From the NCBI GenBank assembly GCA_041658225.1, contig JBBAAN010000004.1:2945-66944 (forward strand): DNA of 64,000 bases, read 5' to 3'. Made by a program: the position numbers and the translations under genes. Source of the DNA: Actinomycetota bacterium. Lineage in GTDB: Bacteria; Actinomycetota; CALGFH01; JBBAAN01. Shown here in pieces: positions 1 through 10,829 of the stretch (the stretch's first letter is position 1; each line of letters begins with the position of its first letter). The notes under the pieces were generated by a model. That model saw only the letters and a program-made list of their open reading frames with translations. It searched no databases and was not told the DNA's origin.

Positions 1-1
1 C

Positions 2-595
2 GTGGTCTTTCCGGCTGCGGTCGCCCAAGAGAAGGAGTGTTCGTTCACGAACTGGGAGGGCCGCTCCCGCAAAGGCCGGGCGGCGGTTGCCGCTCCGGGC
101 GCGGCATTGCCCGACTGGGAGATCGCCGGCAGGTTGGCATCGGAGTTGGGCGCTCCGTGGACGACCAGCGGGCGCGAAGAATTGGTTGCCGAGCTAGAGG
201 GGTTGCGCTCGGCCCCGGTGTCGGCGGCTGCCGGCCCTATACAGGTCACGGAGGCACCCTCGTTGGATGGGATGGTGCTGGCCTGCGCGACGACTCTGCT
301 TGGAGAAGGGGTGGCGTTGCGGGGGGCAAGGGATCTGGAGGGTGCGGCCGGTCCCGTCCGCGCGACACTGCATCCGGACGACGCTCGCCGGCTGGGAGTC
401 ACGCCGGGGAGCCGCGTGCGGCTTGGCACCTCCACGGGCACCGCTGTGCTGGAGGCGTCCTTGGACGCCTGCGTCGCTCCGGGCTGCGTGAGGGTTCCCT
501 GGGAACGCGGGGGCTTTCGGGCATCCGAGCTTCTGGATCCCGGCAAGTTGGTGGTCGCGTGTCGTGTGGAGCTCGAGAGAGGTGACGGCCGATGA
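2..595 (+). CDS. nuoG: NADH-quinone oxidoreductase subunit G, C-terminal fragment (5' end cut by window edge)
   Basis: ORF runs from the window edge. The product is the C-terminal molybdopterin-dinucleotide-binding-like tail typical of NuoG. The stop overlaps the nuoH start (ATGATG). Confidence 0.75.
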   Translation: MVFPAAVAQEKECSFTNWEGRSRKGRAAVAAPGAALPDWEIAGRLASELGAPWTTSGREELVAELEGLRSAPVSAAAGPIQVTEAPSLDGMVLACATTLLGEGVALRGARDLEGAAGPVRATLHPDDARRLGVTPGSRVRLGTSTGTAVLEASLDACVAPGCVRVPWERGGFRASELLDPGKLVVACRVELERGDGR

Positions 596-1824
596 TGCTC
601 GCCCAGGCGGGCGCGACCGCCTCCGAGAGCCTGCTGTTCATACTGGCGAAGACCGCCGGAACCCTGGTGTCACTGCTGGTCGCCGTGATCCTCGCCATCT
701 GGATGGAGCGTCGGGTCCTGGCTTTCATGCAGTCACGCATCGGGCCGAATCGCGTGGGTCCGTTGGGTCTGCTCCAGACGGTCGCCGATGGGCTGAAGCT
801 GCTGTTCAAGGAGATGATCATGCCGGCCGCGGCCGACCGGATCATCTATCTGATCGCGCCGGTGGTGGCCATCCTGCCGGCGTTCCTCGCCTTCGCGGTC
901 ATCCCCTGGGGCAACTCTCTGGCCGGTCACCCGGCGTCGCTGACCGACCTGAACGTCGGCATCCTGTGGATCCTGGCCATGTCTTCGCTCGGGGTCTACG
1001 GCGTGGTGCTGGCCGGCTGGTCCTCCGGCTCGCGCTACCCGTTGCTGGGCGCCGTTCGTTCCACGGCGCAGATGGTGAGCTACGAGATCGGAATGGGCCT
1101 GGGCCTGATCGGGCCCTTGATCTACACACAGAGTCTGTCCATGCGCGAGATCGTTGTCTCGCAAGGCAGTCAGTGGTACGTGCTCTCCCAGTTCCCGGCT
1201 TTCCTCATCTTCTCGGTGGCGGCGCTCGCCGAGGTCTACCGGGCTCCGTTCGACCTGCCCGAGGCCGAGACCGAGCTGGTGGCCGGCTATCACACCGAGT
1301 ACAGCGGGTTCCGCTTTGCGCTGTTCTACCTTGCCGAGTACTTGAACCTGATCACCGTCTCGGCGGTGGCGGTCACCTTGTTCTTCGGCGGCTGGCTGCC
1401 GCCGCCCGGCCTGGGATTCGCGATCAACGGGCCGTGGCCCGTGCTGTTCTTCCTGGGCAAGGTGCTGTGCGTGATATTCGCTTTCATCTGGATTCGGGCC
1501 ACGCTGCCGAGACTCCGCTACGACCAGCTCATGCGAATCGGGTGGCGCTTCCTGGTCCCGGTGGGCCTGGTGTGGATCATGCTCACCGCCGTTCTGGCCA
1601 CCTATCAGGACCGGCGGATCTTCCTTTACGCGGGAGCGGCGCTGCTGGTGATCCTGGCCGTGCTGTGGCTGATCTCGCCGCTGCTCACGCGCTCGCGTCA
1701 ATCTCAGAGTGATGCCGAGATCGGGGAGGAGTCGCCGGCGGAAGGCGAGACAGGGGTTCCGGTCGGCGGCGGCGGTGCCCAGGCTTCCGCTCCCGCGGGC
1801 GGTGCGCCGGTGGAGGAGGGCTGA
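592..1824 (+). CDS. nuoH: NADH-quinone oxidoreductase subunit H (copy 1), with an approx. 70-aa low-complexity C-terminal tail
   Basis: Motifs [39 protein letters not shown]; 8 TM helices; start is translationally coupled to nuoG. Confidence 0.93.
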   Translation: MMLAQAGATASESLLFILAKTAGTLVSLLVAVILAIWMERRVLAFMQSRIGPNRVGPLGLLQTVADGLKLLFKEMIMPAAADRIIYLIAPVVAILPAFLAFAVIPWGNSLAGHPASLTDLNVGILWILAMSSLGVYGVVLAGWSSGSRYPLLGAVRSTAQMVSYEIGMGLGLIGPLIYTQSLSMREIVVSQGSQWYVLSQFPAFLIFSVAALAEVYRAPFDLPEAETELVAGYHTEYSGFRFALFYLAEYLNLITVSAVAVTLFFGGWLPPPGLGFAINGPWPVLFFLGKVLCVIFAFIWIRATLPRLRYDQLMRIGWRFLVPVGLVWIMLTAVLATYQDRRIFLYAGAALLVILAVLWLISPLLTRSRQSQSDAEIGEESPAEGETGVPVGGGGAQASAPAGGAPVEEG

Positions 1825-2342
1825 TGTTCGAGATCTTCAGGGGACTCGCCGTCACCTTCCGCCATCTCTTCCGGCGCAAGGTCACCACCCAGTATCCGGA
1901 GGTCAAACGCCCGACGGCGCCGCGCTTCCACGGCCGTCACCGCCTCAACCGCCGTCCCGACGGGTTGGAGCGTTGCGTGGGCTGCGAGCTTTGCGCCTGG
2001 GCATGCCCGGCCGACGCGATCCTGGTGGTGGGCGACCAGAACACCCCCGAGGAGCGCTACTCACCGGGGGAGCGCTATGCGCGAATCTATGAGATCAACT
2101 ACAACCGCTGCATCTTCTGCGGGTACTGTATCGAGGCTTGCCCGGTCCGGGCTCTGACGATGTCCGCCGAGTACGAGATGGCCACCGAGACGCGCGAGGC
2201 ACTCGTCTACGCCAAAGACCGGCTGCTGGTTCCGCTTTCCGACGGCGCCGAGCCGCTGCCGCGTCGCACACTTGAAGGGGAGTCCGCGATGGAGTTGTTC
2301 GGGCCGGCGGCTTCGACGAGCCAGGCGGGAGGGCGCTGGTGA
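1824..2342 (+). CDS. nuoI: NADH-quinone oxidoreductase subunit I (2x[4Fe-4S] ferredoxin)
   Basis: Two CxxCxxCxxxCP motifs ([24 protein letters not shown]); the start overlaps the nuoH stop. Confidence 0.93.
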   Translation: MFEIFRGLAVTFRHLFRRKVTTQYPEVKRPTAPRFHGRHRLNRRPDGLERCVGCELCAWACPADAILVVGDQNTPEERYSPGERYARIYEINYNRCIFCGYCIEACPVRALTMSAEYEMATETREALVYAKDRLLVPLSDGAEPLPRRTLEGESAMELFGPAASTSQAGGRW

Positions 2343-2893
2343 TGGACCTCGCGATCGCCGCCGGGAAAGCGGCTTCCGGTGCCGCTCGAGCCGAGTTCGT
2401 CGTCTTCTGCGTCATCGCTCCGCTGGCCGTGATCTCGGCCCTGCTGATGGTATTCGCTCGTCACGCGGTCCGCGCGGCCCTCCTGCTCATCGTCAACCTC
2501 TTCTGTCTGGCGGTTTTCTACGTGGTACTGGAGGCTCACTTCCTGGCGGCCGTGCAGGTGGTGGTATACGCCGGCGCGATCATGGTGCTCTTCCTGTTCG
2601 TGATCATGCTGCTGGGCGTGGACCGAGAGGAGTCGTTGAAGGAGAAGATCCGCGCTCAGCGCCCGATTGCGATCCTGTTCGCCTTGGCGCTGACGGCGGG
2701 GTTGTACGTGGCCGTGCGCACGGGTGTGATGCATTCTCTCCAGGCGGTCGGTCTGACGCAGGCCAACGCGTCGGGCAACGTCGAGGGCCTGGCCGAGACA
2801 CTCTTCACCAGCTATGTGTTGCCGTTCGAAGTGACCTCGCTGCTGCTGGTCGTGGCGGCGGTGGGGGCCCTGGTCTTGGGGAGGCGCAAGTGA
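2339..2893 (+). CDS. nuoJ: NADH-quinone oxidoreductase subunit J
   Basis: Hydrophobic ND6-like protein; ATG overlaps the nuoI stop. Confidence 0.88.
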   Translation: MMDLAIAAGKAASGAARAEFVVFCVIAPLAVISALLMVFARHAVRAALLLIVNLFCLAVFYVVLEAHFLAAVQVVVYAGAIMVLFLFVIMLLGVDREESLKEKIRAQRPIAILFALALTAGLYVAVRTGVMHSLQAVGLTQANASGNVEGLAETLFTSYVLPFEVTSLLLVVAAVGALVLGRRK

Positions 2894-3195
2894 GCGTTCC
2901 TCCGGGCGCCTACCTGGTGCTGTCGGCCGTGTTGTTCGCCATCGGCGTACTCGGCGTACTGCTTCGGCGCAACGCGATCGTGATCTTCATGTCCATTGAG
3001 TTGATGCTCAACGCGGTCAACCTCTCCCTCGTCGCTTTCTCCCGGATTCTGGGCAATCTCCAAGGCCAGGTGCTGGCATTCTTCGTGATGGTGGTCGCCG
3101 CGGCCGAGGTGGTGGTGGGATTGGCCATCATCGTGGCCATCTTCCGCCGTCGGGTGTCGGTGGACGTCGATGAAGTGAACTTACTGAAGTGGTGA
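2890..3195 (+). CDS. nuoK: NADH-quinone oxidoreductase subunit K
   Basis: GTG start overlaps the nuoJ stop; product is 101 aa ([23 protein letters not shown]), the ND4L signature. Confidence 0.9.
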   Translation: MSVPPGAYLVLSAVLFAIGVLGVLLRRNAIVIFMSIELMLNAVNLSLVAFSRILGNLQGQVLAFFVMVVAAAEVVVGLAIIVAIFRRRVSVDVDEVNLLKW

Positions 3196-5165
3196 GCGGT
3201 GTGGGCGATCCCGGCGTGCTGAACCTGGTCTGGCTGGTGCCGGCCCTGCCACTGGCGGGGGCCTTCGCCAACGTGCTCTTCGGCAAGCGGTTGGGGCGCT
3301 GGGCGGGTTTGCTGGCGACGGCGGCCGTCACCGGCTCCTTCTGTTTCGCCGCGGCGATCCTCGCCAAGCTCGTCTCGATGCCGGCGGATTCCCGGCTGTT
3401 CGTGCGCACGTTGTGGCAATGGGTCCCCCTGGGGAACCTGGATGTGCCGGTGAGTCTGCGTGTGGATCCGCTCTCGGCGCTGATGATAATTACGGTCACC
3501 GGTGTGGGCGCGGCCATTCACCTCTACTCGGTCGGATACATGCGCGGGGATTCGGGGCGCGGGCGCTATTTCGCCAACCTCAACCTTTTCGCGTTCTCCA
3601 TGCTCACTCTGGTCCTGGCCGACAACTTCCTGCTGCTGTTCGTGGGCTGGGAGATGGTGGGGCTTTGCTCCTATCTGTTGATCGGGCACTGGTTCGAGCG
3701 CCCGGCCGCGGCCGTGGCCGCCAAGAAGGCCTTCGTGACCAACCGGATCGGCGACTTCGGCTTCCTGCTGGGCACGATCCTGATCTTCGCCACCTTCCGC
3801 TCGCTGAATTTCGACACGGTCTTCGCGGGTGCCGGGGCACTGGCGGCCGGCACGGCAACGGCCATCAGCCTGTTGCTCTTCTTGGGAGCAACGGGCAAGA
3901 GCGCCCAGATCCCGCTCTACGTCTGGCTTCCCGACGCGATGGAAGGTCCCACGCCCGTTTCCGCCTTGATCCATGCGGCCACGATGGTGACGGCCGGGGT
4001 CTACATGGTGGCTCGCACCCATGTGATCTTCGAGGCTTCCCCGGCGGCCCTGGACGTGGTGGCCGGAATCGGAATCGCCACCGCACTGATCGCGGCACTG
4101 ATCGCGATCGGCCAGGACGACATCAAACGAGTGCTCGCCTACTCGACGATCTCCCAGCTCGGCTACATGTTCCTGGGTCTCGGGGTGGGCGCCTATGCCG
4201 GCGGCATCTTCCACCTGTTCACTCACGCGTTCTTCAAGGCGCTGCTCTTCCTCGGGGCGGGCGCCGTCATGCACGCCCTGGCCGGCGAGACCGACATGAA
4301 GAAGATGGGCGGACTGGTGCGGCGCTTGCCTGTCACGGCGGCCACGTTCATGGCCGGGTGGCTTGCCATCTCCGGGATTCCTCCTTTTGCCGGCTTCTTC
4401 TCCAAGGACCACATCCTCGCCGCGGTCTACTCGCACAGCCGCCTGCTCTGGGTGCTGGGCCTTGCCGGCGCCGGGCTCACCGCCTTCTACGCCTCGCGGG
4501 TGGTGTTCCTGGTCTTCTTCGGTCGCTCCCGCGTCGCGGCCGGGCTCGAGCCCCACGAGGCTCCACCGACGATGCGCCTACCCCTGGTGCTGCTCGGCAT
4601 CGCCTCGCTCGGCGCCGGCCTGCTCGGCGTCTCCTCCGGTTCCGGCGTGATCCAGCGTTTCCTCTCGCCGGTGCTGGGAGCGAGCGAGGAGCAGGTCCTG
4701 GCCGGCGCCTCGAGCGGGGCCCTGTACGCGAGGGAGTCCGGCGTGGGCCGCCTCGCGGGCTGGCACCTTCCGGGCAGCGGGCTGAGCGAGGCCGTCCTGG
4801 CGGGCATCTCGGTCGCGGTGGCCCTGGTGGCCATCTGGCTGGCCTACACCATCTACTTGCGGTCGGACTGGCTGGCGCTGCGCAAACGCTTCGCGTTCCC
4901 CCAGCGGGTGCTGGCCAACAAGTTCTACGTGGATGAGGTCTACTCGTTCTTCACGGTAACCATCGCCGGCGCGCTGGGCGCGTTCTTCGCTTCGGTACTG
5001 GACATGAAGGTGATCGACGGCTCGTTCGGCGCTCTGGCCGGCGGAGTGACTTCCGGGGCCGCGCGCCTTCGCCGGTTGCAGACCGGGTACGTGCGTTCCT
5101 ACGGCCTCGCCGTATTGGTCGGAGCCGTGGCACTGGTCGGGGTCCTCGTGGCCCGGGCCGCTTGA
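3189..5165 (+). CDS. nuoL: NADH-quinone oxidoreductase subunit L
   Basis: 658 aa ND5-like antiporter subunit ([22 protein letters not shown]). Start is GTG at 3189, or possibly 3201; overlaps the nuoK stop. Confidence 0.92.
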   Translation: MVSGVGDPGVLNLVWLVPALPLAGAFANVLFGKRLGRWAGLLATAAVTGSFCFAAAILAKLVSMPADSRLFVRTLWQWVPLGNLDVPVSLRVDPLSALMIITVTGVGAAIHLYSVGYMRGDSGRGRYFANLNLFAFSMLTLVLADNFLLLFVGWEMVGLCSYLLIGHWFERPAAAVAAKKAFVTNRIGDFGFLLGTILIFATFRSLNFDTVFAGAGALAAGTATAISLLLFLGATGKSAQIPLYVWLPDAMEGPTPVSALIHAATMVTAGVYMVARTHVIFEASPAALDVVAGIGIATALIAALIAIGQDDIKRVLAYSTISQLGYMFLGLGVGAYAGGIFHLFTHAFFKALLFLGAGAVMHALAGETDMKKMGGLVRRLPVTAATFMAGWLAISGIPPFAGFFSKDHILAAVYSHSRLLWVLGLAGAGLTAFYASRVVFLVFFGRSRVAAGLEPHEAPPTMRLPLVLLGIASLGAGLLGVSSGSGVIQRFLSPVLGASEEQVLAGASSGALYARESGVGRLAGWHLPGSGLSEAVLAGISVAVALVAIWLAYTIYLRSDWLALRKRFAFPQRVLANKFYVDEVYSFFTVTIAGALGAFFASVLDMKVIDGSFGALAGGVTSGAARLRRLQTGYVRSYGLAVLVGAVALVGVLVARAA

Positions 5166-5175
5166 GGGGGCGGGG

Positions 5176-6687
5176 TTGCGTTCGTTTCCTTGGTTGAGTC
5201 TCACGACCTTCCTTCCGCTGGCGGGAGTGGCGGGTCTGGCCCTGGTGCCCAAGGCTCGCGCCAACGCCGCTCGCCTGCTCGCGCTCGTCGTCAGCCTGCT
5301 GGTCTTTGCCAGTTCGGTCGTGGTGCTGGCGTTGTTCCGTCCCGGCGAGGCCGGCTTCCAGCTCGTGGAGCGCGCGTGGTGGATTCGCTCGCTCGGGATT
5401 CGCTACGAGATGGGAGTGGACGGCATCAGCCTGTTCCTCGTGGTGTTGACGACCTTCCTGCTTCCCCTGTGCGTGCTGGCCTCCTGGAAGGAGACGCGCT
5501 CGGTCCGGACGTTCATGGCGCTTCTGCTGGTGCTGGAGTCGGCCATGGTCGGGGTCTTCCTTGCCACGGACCTCTTCCTCTTCTACGTGTTCTGGGAGTT
5601 CGTGCTGATCCCCATGTACTTCGTGATCGGCGGTTGGGGCAGCGAGCGGCGAGTCTATGCGGCGGTAAAGTTCTTCCTCTTCACGCTGGCCGGCGGGCTG
5701 CTCATGCTGGTGGGGATCCTGGTGCTCTACTTCCTGCACCGCAATGCGACCGGGATCGCGAGCTTCTCCTACGAGAGTCTGCGCGGGCTGCATCTTTCCC
5801 TGGGCAGCCAGCGCTGGCTGTTCCTGGCCTTCTTCGCCGCTTTCGCGGTGAAGGTGCCTCTGGTGCCGCTGCACACCTGGCTTCCCGACGCTCACACCGA
5901 AGCGCCGACGGCCGGTTCGGTCATCCTGGCCGGGGTCCTTCTGAAGATGGGCACCTACGGTTTCCTGCGTTTCTCGCTGCCGCTGTTCCCACGCGCCGCC
6001 AAGGAGTTGGTGCCGCTGCTTTCGATCCTGGCGATCGTGGGCATCCTGTACGGGGGCGTGATCGCGGTGATGCAGAGAGACTTGAAGCGGTTGGTGGCCT
6101 ACTCTTCGGTGTCGCACCTCGGCTTCATCGTGTTGGGAACGTTCGCGCTGACCACCCAGGCCATGCAGGGCGGCGTGCTGTACATGGTCAACCACGGGCT
6201 TTCCACCGGGGCGCTCTTCCTTCTGGTCGGCATGCTCTACGAGCGGCGCCATTCGCGCATGATCTCCGACTTTGGAGGGGCCGCGGCCGTGGTGCCGGTG
6301 CTGGCCGGCTTCTTCCTGATCACCGCCTTGTCCAGCATGGCCTTGCCGGGACTGAACGGGTTCGTCGGGGAGTTCCTGGTGCTGCTCGGGACCTTCCTCG
6401 CCAATCGGGTCTACGCTGTGCTGGCCGCGGGTGGGGTGATCCTGGCCGCGGTCTACCTGCTGTGGGCCTACCAACGGGTCATGCACGGACCGGTATCGAA
6501 CGAGCAGACCCGCCGCATGAAGGATCTGTCGGTCCGTGAGATCGCCATCCTCGTGCCGCTGGTCACGGCAATGATCTTCATAGGTGTCTACCCTCGCCCA
6601 CTGCTCTCGCGCATGCAGCCGTCGGTCGACCGCGTGATCGAGATCGTCACCGAAGCCAACTCATCCTCCGCTTTGCCCTCGCGGTAA
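5176..6687 (+). CDS. nuoM: NADH-quinone oxidoreductase subunit M
   Basis: 503 aa ND4-like (WLPDAHTEAPTAGSVILAGVLLKMG); TTG start preceded by GAGGGGGCGGGG. Confidence 0.92.
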   Translation: MRSFPWLSLTTFLPLAGVAGLALVPKARANAARLLALVVSLLVFASSVVVLALFRPGEAGFQLVERAWWIRSLGIRYEMGVDGISLFLVVLTTFLLPLCVLASWKETRSVRTFMALLLVLESAMVGVFLATDLFLFYVFWEFVLIPMYFVIGGWGSERRVYAAVKFFLFTLAGGLLMLVGILVLYFLHRNATGIASFSYESLRGLHLSLGSQRWLFLAFFAAFAVKVPLVPLHTWLPDAHTEAPTAGSVILAGVLLKMGTYGFLRFSLPLFPRAAKELVPLLSILAIVGILYGGVIAVMQRDLKRLVAYSSVSHLGFIVLGTFALTTQAMQGGVLYMVNHGLSTGALFLLVGMLYERRHSRMISDFGGAAAVVPVLAGFFLITALSSMALPGLNGFVGEFLVLLGTFLANRVYAVLAAGGVILAAVYLLWAYQRVMHGPVSNEQTRRMKDLSVREIAILVPLVTAMIFIGVYPRPLLSRMQPSVDRVIEIVTEANSSSALPSR

Positions 6688-6697
6688 GGAGCCGCCC

Positions 6698-8194
6698 GTG
6701 CCTCTAGCTCAGTTGGCCCCGGACATCGTCGCCCCGGTGGTGAACTTCAAGGCCGTCTGCCCGGAGATCGCCATGGCGGTGGCCGGCCTGATCCTGCTCT
6801 TGGTGGCCGCGTTCGGACCGAGTGTCCGGGCGGGGGTATTCAAGGCGCTGTCGCTGGCCGGCATCGCGGTGGCGGGCGGGCTGACCGCCTGGATCTGGAC
6901 GGGCCACACGGTGGCCTTCAGCCGGATGATCGCCTCCGACGGAGTGGCGATGTACGCGAGGGCGATCCTGCTCTCGGTGGCCGCTCTGGTCGTGCTGATG
7001 GCCGGCGGGGAAGACGACGGCAAGCAGTCGCGGGGGGAGTTCTACTCGCTTGTGGTGCTGTCGGTGACCGGCATGATGCTGCTTGCGGCGTCGGCCGACC
7101 TGGTGATGGTGTTCGTCGCTCTGGAACTTCTCTCTCTTTGCCTCTACGTCCTGGCCGGTTTCACCTTGGAGCGCTCGGCCTCCCAGGAGTCGGCCCTGAA
7201 GTACTTCCTGCTGGGGGCTTTCTCCTCGGCGTTCTTCATCTACGGAGTGGCGCTTACCTACGGTGCCACGGGGTCGACCAACATCGCCGTGATCTCCTCC
7301 GTCGCCGCGACGGTCTCCTCGCCCAGGCTGCTTCTTGCCGGCCTGGCACTGCTCGGCGTGGGCTTCTCGTTCAAGGTCGCCGCCGCCCCATTCCACATGT
7401 GGATTCCCGACGTCTACCAGGGCGCGCCGACCTCGGTGACCGCCCTGATGGCTTCGGGCACCAAGGTCGCCGCGTTCGCCGCGTTCCTGCGCGTCTTCGT
7501 CGGAGGATTCGGGGGGCTGGTGCTGGACTGGCGGCCGGTGCTGTGGGTCCTGGCTGTTCTGACCATGCTGGTGGGCGCGGTACTCGGCGTCGTGCAGACG
7601 GATTTGAAGCGGCTGCTCGCCTACTCCTCGATCGCACATGCCGGCTACATCCTGATCGGGGTGGTCGCCGCCAGCCGTGCGGGAATCGGCGCGTCTCTCT
7701 ATTACCTTCTCGCCTATGCCCTGACGGTGATCGGAGCCTTCGCCGTGGTAGCCCGCCTGGAGCGCGCCGAGCACAAATCCGAGGCGCGGCTTTCGATCTC
7801 GGGCGGGTTCGTCTCGCTCAGCGACCTTGCCGGGCTGGGCGCGCGCCAACCGGTGCTGGCAGGTTTGCTGACGCTCTTCCTGCTCTCCCTTGCCGGCATC
7901 CCGCCGACGTCGGGGTTCGTGTCGAAGTTCACGGTCTTCTCCGCCGCCGTGGACTCCGGGCAGACGGGTTTGGTCGTGATCGGGGTGGCGACCAGCGTGG
8001 TGGCGGCCTTCTACTACCTCAAGGTCATCGTGATGATGTTCATGCAGCCGGGACCCGACCAGGCGTCTCCGAGGCCCACAGCTGCCGGTCTGGCGGCGGT
8101 GCTCGGGATCACCGCGGCGGCGACCGTGTTCCTTGGAGTGCTGCCGGGTTGGGTCCTCGAGGCCGCCAGGTCGGCGGCACGGTTCCTGGGGTAG
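6698..8194 (+). CDS. nuoN: NADH-quinone oxidoreductase subunit N
   Basis: 498 aa ND2-like (FHMWIPDVYQGAPTSVTALMASG); last gene of operon 1. Confidence 0.92.
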   Translation: MPLAQLAPDIVAPVVNFKAVCPEIAMAVAGLILLLVAAFGPSVRAGVFKALSLAGIAVAGGLTAWIWTGHTVAFSRMIASDGVAMYARAILLSVAALVVLMAGGEDDGKQSRGEFYSLVVLSVTGMMLLAASADLVMVFVALELLSLCLYVLAGFTLERSASQESALKYFLLGAFSSAFFIYGVALTYGATGSTNIAVISSVAATVSSPRLLLAGLALLGVGFSFKVAAAPFHMWIPDVYQGAPTSVTALMASGTKVAAFAAFLRVFVGGFGGLVLDWRPVLWVLAVLTMLVGAVLGVVQTDLKRLLAYSSIAHAGYILIGVVAASRAGIGASLYYLLAYALTVIGAFAVVARLERAEHKSEARLSISGGFVSLSDLAGLGARQPVLAGLLTLFLLSLAGIPPTSGFVSKFTVFSAAVDSGQTGLVVIGVATSVVAAFYYLKVIVMMFMQPGPDQASPRPTAAGLAAVLGITAAATVFLGVLPGWVLEAARSAARFLG

Positions 8195-8236
8195 TGTGGT
8201 GCGCTCGAATGTAGGGGAACTTCGGGCGCACCACAC
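8194..8236. repeat. Short copy (43 bp) of an inverted-repeat intergenic element: arms GTGTGGTGCGC / GCGCACCACAC around a 21-nt loop; its first G is the G of the nuoN TAG stop
   Basis: Perfect 11-bp inverted arms. The right half (GAATGTAgGGGAACTTCGGGCGCACCACAC) is near-identical to the right end of the 161-bp copy at 28696-28856. Confidence 0.7.
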
Positions 8237-8272
8237 CGGCCGAGCGCCGCGTATCATAGGCCGACCCGCAGG

Positions 8273-9307
8273 GTGCGGGCGGACCCCGGAGGGGCAAGGG
8301 TGGCATCTCGACAGATGACGGCGGAGCCGGCGCAGTTGGAGGCGGCGCTACGCGACGGTCTTTCCCGGGTGGAAGTTCAATTGCGCGAAGCCGTGCAATC
8401 CCAGGACCCATTTATGGCCGAAGTCTCCAGGCATCTTCTGGAGGCGGGAGGCAAGCGGTTTCGCCCGACACTGGTGCTGGCCTGCGGGCACTTCGGTGAC
8501 CCGGAGGATTCAAGGTTGGTCCCCGCCGCGACGGCAGTCGAGCTGACTCACCTTTCGAGTCTCTATCACGACGACGTCATCGACGAGGCCGAAGTGCGCC
8601 GCGGCACCGGCAGCGCAAACGCGCGCTGGACCAACACGGTGGCCGTGCTGGCCGGTGATTACCTGTTCGCTCGCGCGTCGGAGCTGACCGCGCACCTGGG
8701 CCTGGAGGCGACCCGGCTGATGGCGCGCACCATCGCGCTGCTGTGCGAGGGTCAGATCGCCGAGGTGCGAGGCCCCGGTCCCGGCGAGGATCCGATCGAG
8801 CACTACATGTCGGTTGTGCGCCGCAAGACGGCGGCCCTGATCTCGGCTTCTTGCCGTCTGGGCGGCATGCTCTCGGGCGCCGGCGAGGAGCAGTCGCAGG
8901 CCCTGGGCCGCTACGGGGAGAAGTTGGGCGTCGCCTTCCAGCTCGCGGACGACCTGATGGACGTCACTCACGACGAGGCGACCACCGGCAAGGCGCCCGG
9001 AACCGACCTTCGCGAAGGAGTGAAGACCCTTCCGGTTCTCTACGCGCTGGGCTCGATGCGCGATTCCGACGGGGAGATGGCGGCGCTGCTGCGGGCACCG
9101 AAGCTCGAAGGCGCCGAGGTGGACCGGGCGCTGGAGATGCTGCGAGCCCATCCGGCAGTGGCAAGGGCCGGGGAAGAGGTGGCCTCTTTCGTCGCGCGGG
9201 CCGAGGCGGAACTGGCCGTCCTGCCCGACGGAGCGGCTCGGTGTATGCTGCGCGACCTGGCCGGCATGATCATTGCTCGCACCGACCAGGGGCTGGGTCA
9301 GGGCTGA
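8273..9307 (+). CDS. trans-polyprenyl diphosphate synthase (heptaprenyl/IspB-GrcC type, isoprenoid-quinone side chain)
   Basis: [14 protein letters not shown] and [12 protein letters not shown] aspartate-rich motifs. Alternative start at ATG 8315 (MTAEPAQ). Confidence 0.85.
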   Translation: MRADPGGARVASRQMTAEPAQLEAALRDGLSRVEVQLREAVQSQDPFMAEVSRHLLEAGGKRFRPTLVLACGHFGDPEDSRLVPAATAVELTHLSSLYHDDVIDEAEVRRGTGSANARWTNTVAVLAGDYLFARASELTAHLGLEATRLMARTIALLCEGQIAEVRGPGPGEDPIEHYMSVVRRKTAALISASCRLGGMLSGAGEEQSQALGRYGEKLGVAFQLADDLMDVTHDEATTGKAPGTDLREGVKTLPVLYALGSMRDSDGEMAALLRAPKLEGAEVDRALEMLRAHPAVARAGEEVASFVARAEAELAVLPDGAARCMLRDLAGMIIARTDQGLGQG

Positions 9308-9373
9308 CCCGCCGGACTCGGATTCGACGTTCGACGATTGGCAATCCCAACGTAGGCGATACAGAGGGTGAGC

Positions 9374-9739
9374 ATGTCGGATTACTTCCGGTCCTACGGG
9401 ACGCTGGGGGCCTTCGTCCTGGTGGGAATCGGGTTCTTCGCGCTGGCGATGGCCGCCAACTGGGTCCTGCGGCCGAGCCGGCCGCGGCGCGAGAAGCTAC
9501 TCACCTACGAGTGCGGCATCGACCCGGTCGGCGTGGGCTGGAGCCAGACCCAGATTCGCTACTACATCTTCGCCTTCTTCTTCGTCGTCTTCGACGTGGA
9601 GAGCGTGTTTCTCTTCCCGTGGGCCCTGGTCTTAGAGCGGCTGGGTGTGGCGGCTCTGGTCGAGATGGCCGTGTTCATCGGCGTCCTGGCCCTGGCCCTG
9701 CTCTACGGCTGGAAGAAGGGGGTCCTGAAGTGGGTCTGA
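9374..9739 (+). CDS. nuoA: NADH-quinone oxidoreductase subunit A (operon 2)
   Basis: Motifs YECGIDP and [20 protein letters not shown]. Alternative start GTG 9368. Confidence 0.85.
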   Translation: MSDYFRSYGTLGAFVLVGIGFFALAMAANWVLRPSRPRREKLLTYECGIDPVGVGWSQTQIRYYIFAFFFVVFDVESVFLFPWALVLERLGVAALVEMAVFIGVLALALLYGWKKGVLKWV

Positions 9740-10227
9740 TCGACCAGGTCTCCCTGCCCCAGCCGATCAAGTTCGTGCTCAACTGGGGACGCAAGTATTC
9801 GCTCTGGGTCATGAACTTCGGGCTTGCCTGCTGCGCCATCGAGTTCATCGCCGCCTCGACCTCGCGACACGATTTCATCCGGCTGGGCGTGATCCCCTTC
9901 GCGCACGGGCCTCGTCAGGCCGACTTCCTCTGCGTCGCCGGCACCGTGACCGACAAGATGGCCGCGCCTTTGAAGCGCATCTACGAGCAGATGCCGGACC
10001 CCAAGTATGTGATCGCTTTCGGCTCCTGCGCCAACACCGGAGGGCCTTACTGGGACTCCTATTCGGTGACCAAGGGCGTGGACCAGATCATCCCCGTGGA
10101 CGTCTATGTGCCCGGTTGTCCCCCGCGCCCCGAGGCTCTTCTCGAGGGCATCATCAAGCTGCAGAAGCTCATCCAGGGCGAGGACTTGAAGGCGCGCTAC
10201 GCCGGTCGGGACGCGGTGGCCGACTGA
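9730..10227 (+). CDS. nuoB: NADH-quinone oxidoreductase subunit B (operon 2)
   Basis: GTG overlaps the nuoA stop. N2-cluster ligand context [27 protein letters not shown] is present. Confidence 0.9.
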   Translation: MGLIDQVSLPQPIKFVLNWGRKYSLWVMNFGLACCAIEFIAASTSRHDFIRLGVIPFAHGPRQADFLCVAGTVTDKMAAPLKRIYEQMPDPKYVIAFGSCANTGGPYWDSYSVTKGVDQIIPVDVYVPGCPPRPEALLEGIIKLQKLIQGEDLKARYAGRDAVAD

Positions 10228-10829
10228 TGGCACCGGCTGATCTCCTCACCGCCCTGAGGGGCGTTCTGGGAGACGAGGCCGTGGTGGGCCTGGTCGAGTA
10301 CGGCCAACTCACGGCCACGGTGGATCGGGGGCTCTGGATCGAGGCGGTGCGCAGCTGCCGAGGCGAGCCCGCGCTCGGTTTCGACTTCTTCGACTTCCTG
10401 ACGGCCGTGGACTTGCTGGAGGAAGGGTTCGCCGTCGTGCTGCATCTCTACTCCACGCCTAATGCCCACCACCTGAACCTGCGCTGCGTCGTCCCGCGCG
10501 AGGATGCGCGCCTGCCTTCGGTTTCCGAGGTCTACGCGGGGGCCGACTGGCACGAGCGGGAGACCTGGGAGATGTTCGGCGTCGTTTTCGAGGGCCATCC
10601 CAACCTCGTTCACATCGAGCTTCCCGACAACTTCGAGGGCCACCCGCTGCGCAAGGAGTTCCATCTCGCCTCGCGGGTCGCCAAGCCGTGGCCGGGAGAG
10701 AAGGAGCCTTCCGAGCGCCACGCGGGGGAGAGGGAGACGCCCGATCTCCAAACCGGGCAGAAGGAGTTTTCCGAGGGCGACGCGGGACAGGAAGAGCCCC
10801 CTGAGCGTCCCGCGGGGGACAAGCCGTGA
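10227..10829 (+). CDS. nuoC: NADH-quinone oxidoreductase subunit C (operon 2), separate (not fused to D), with a repetitive acidic C-terminal tail
   Basis: ATG overlaps the nuoB stop; 30-kDa-subunit motifs (ADWHERETWEMFGVVFEGHPNL). Confidence 0.85.
   Translation: MAPADLLTALRGVLGDEAVVGLVEYGQLTATVDRGLWIEAVRSCRGEPALGFDFFDFLTAVDLLEEGFAVVLHLYSTPNAHHLNLRCVVPREDARLPSVSEVYAGADWHERETWEMFGVVFEGHPNLVHIELPDNFEGHPLRKEFHLASRVAKPWPGEKEPSERHAGERETPDLQTGQKEFSEGDAGQEEPPERPAGDKP

Noticed and set aside
2910-8257. Three minus-strand ORFs of 511-548 aa (2910-4556, 4951-6486, 6704-8257)
   Set aside because: Antisense to nuoL, nuoM and nuoN, with no recognisable domains.
8743-10227. 494-aa + strand ORF
   Set aside because: Only the last 166 codons (from GTG 9730) are NuoB. 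The upstream part is an out-of-frame read-through across the polyprenyl synthase gene and nuoA2.
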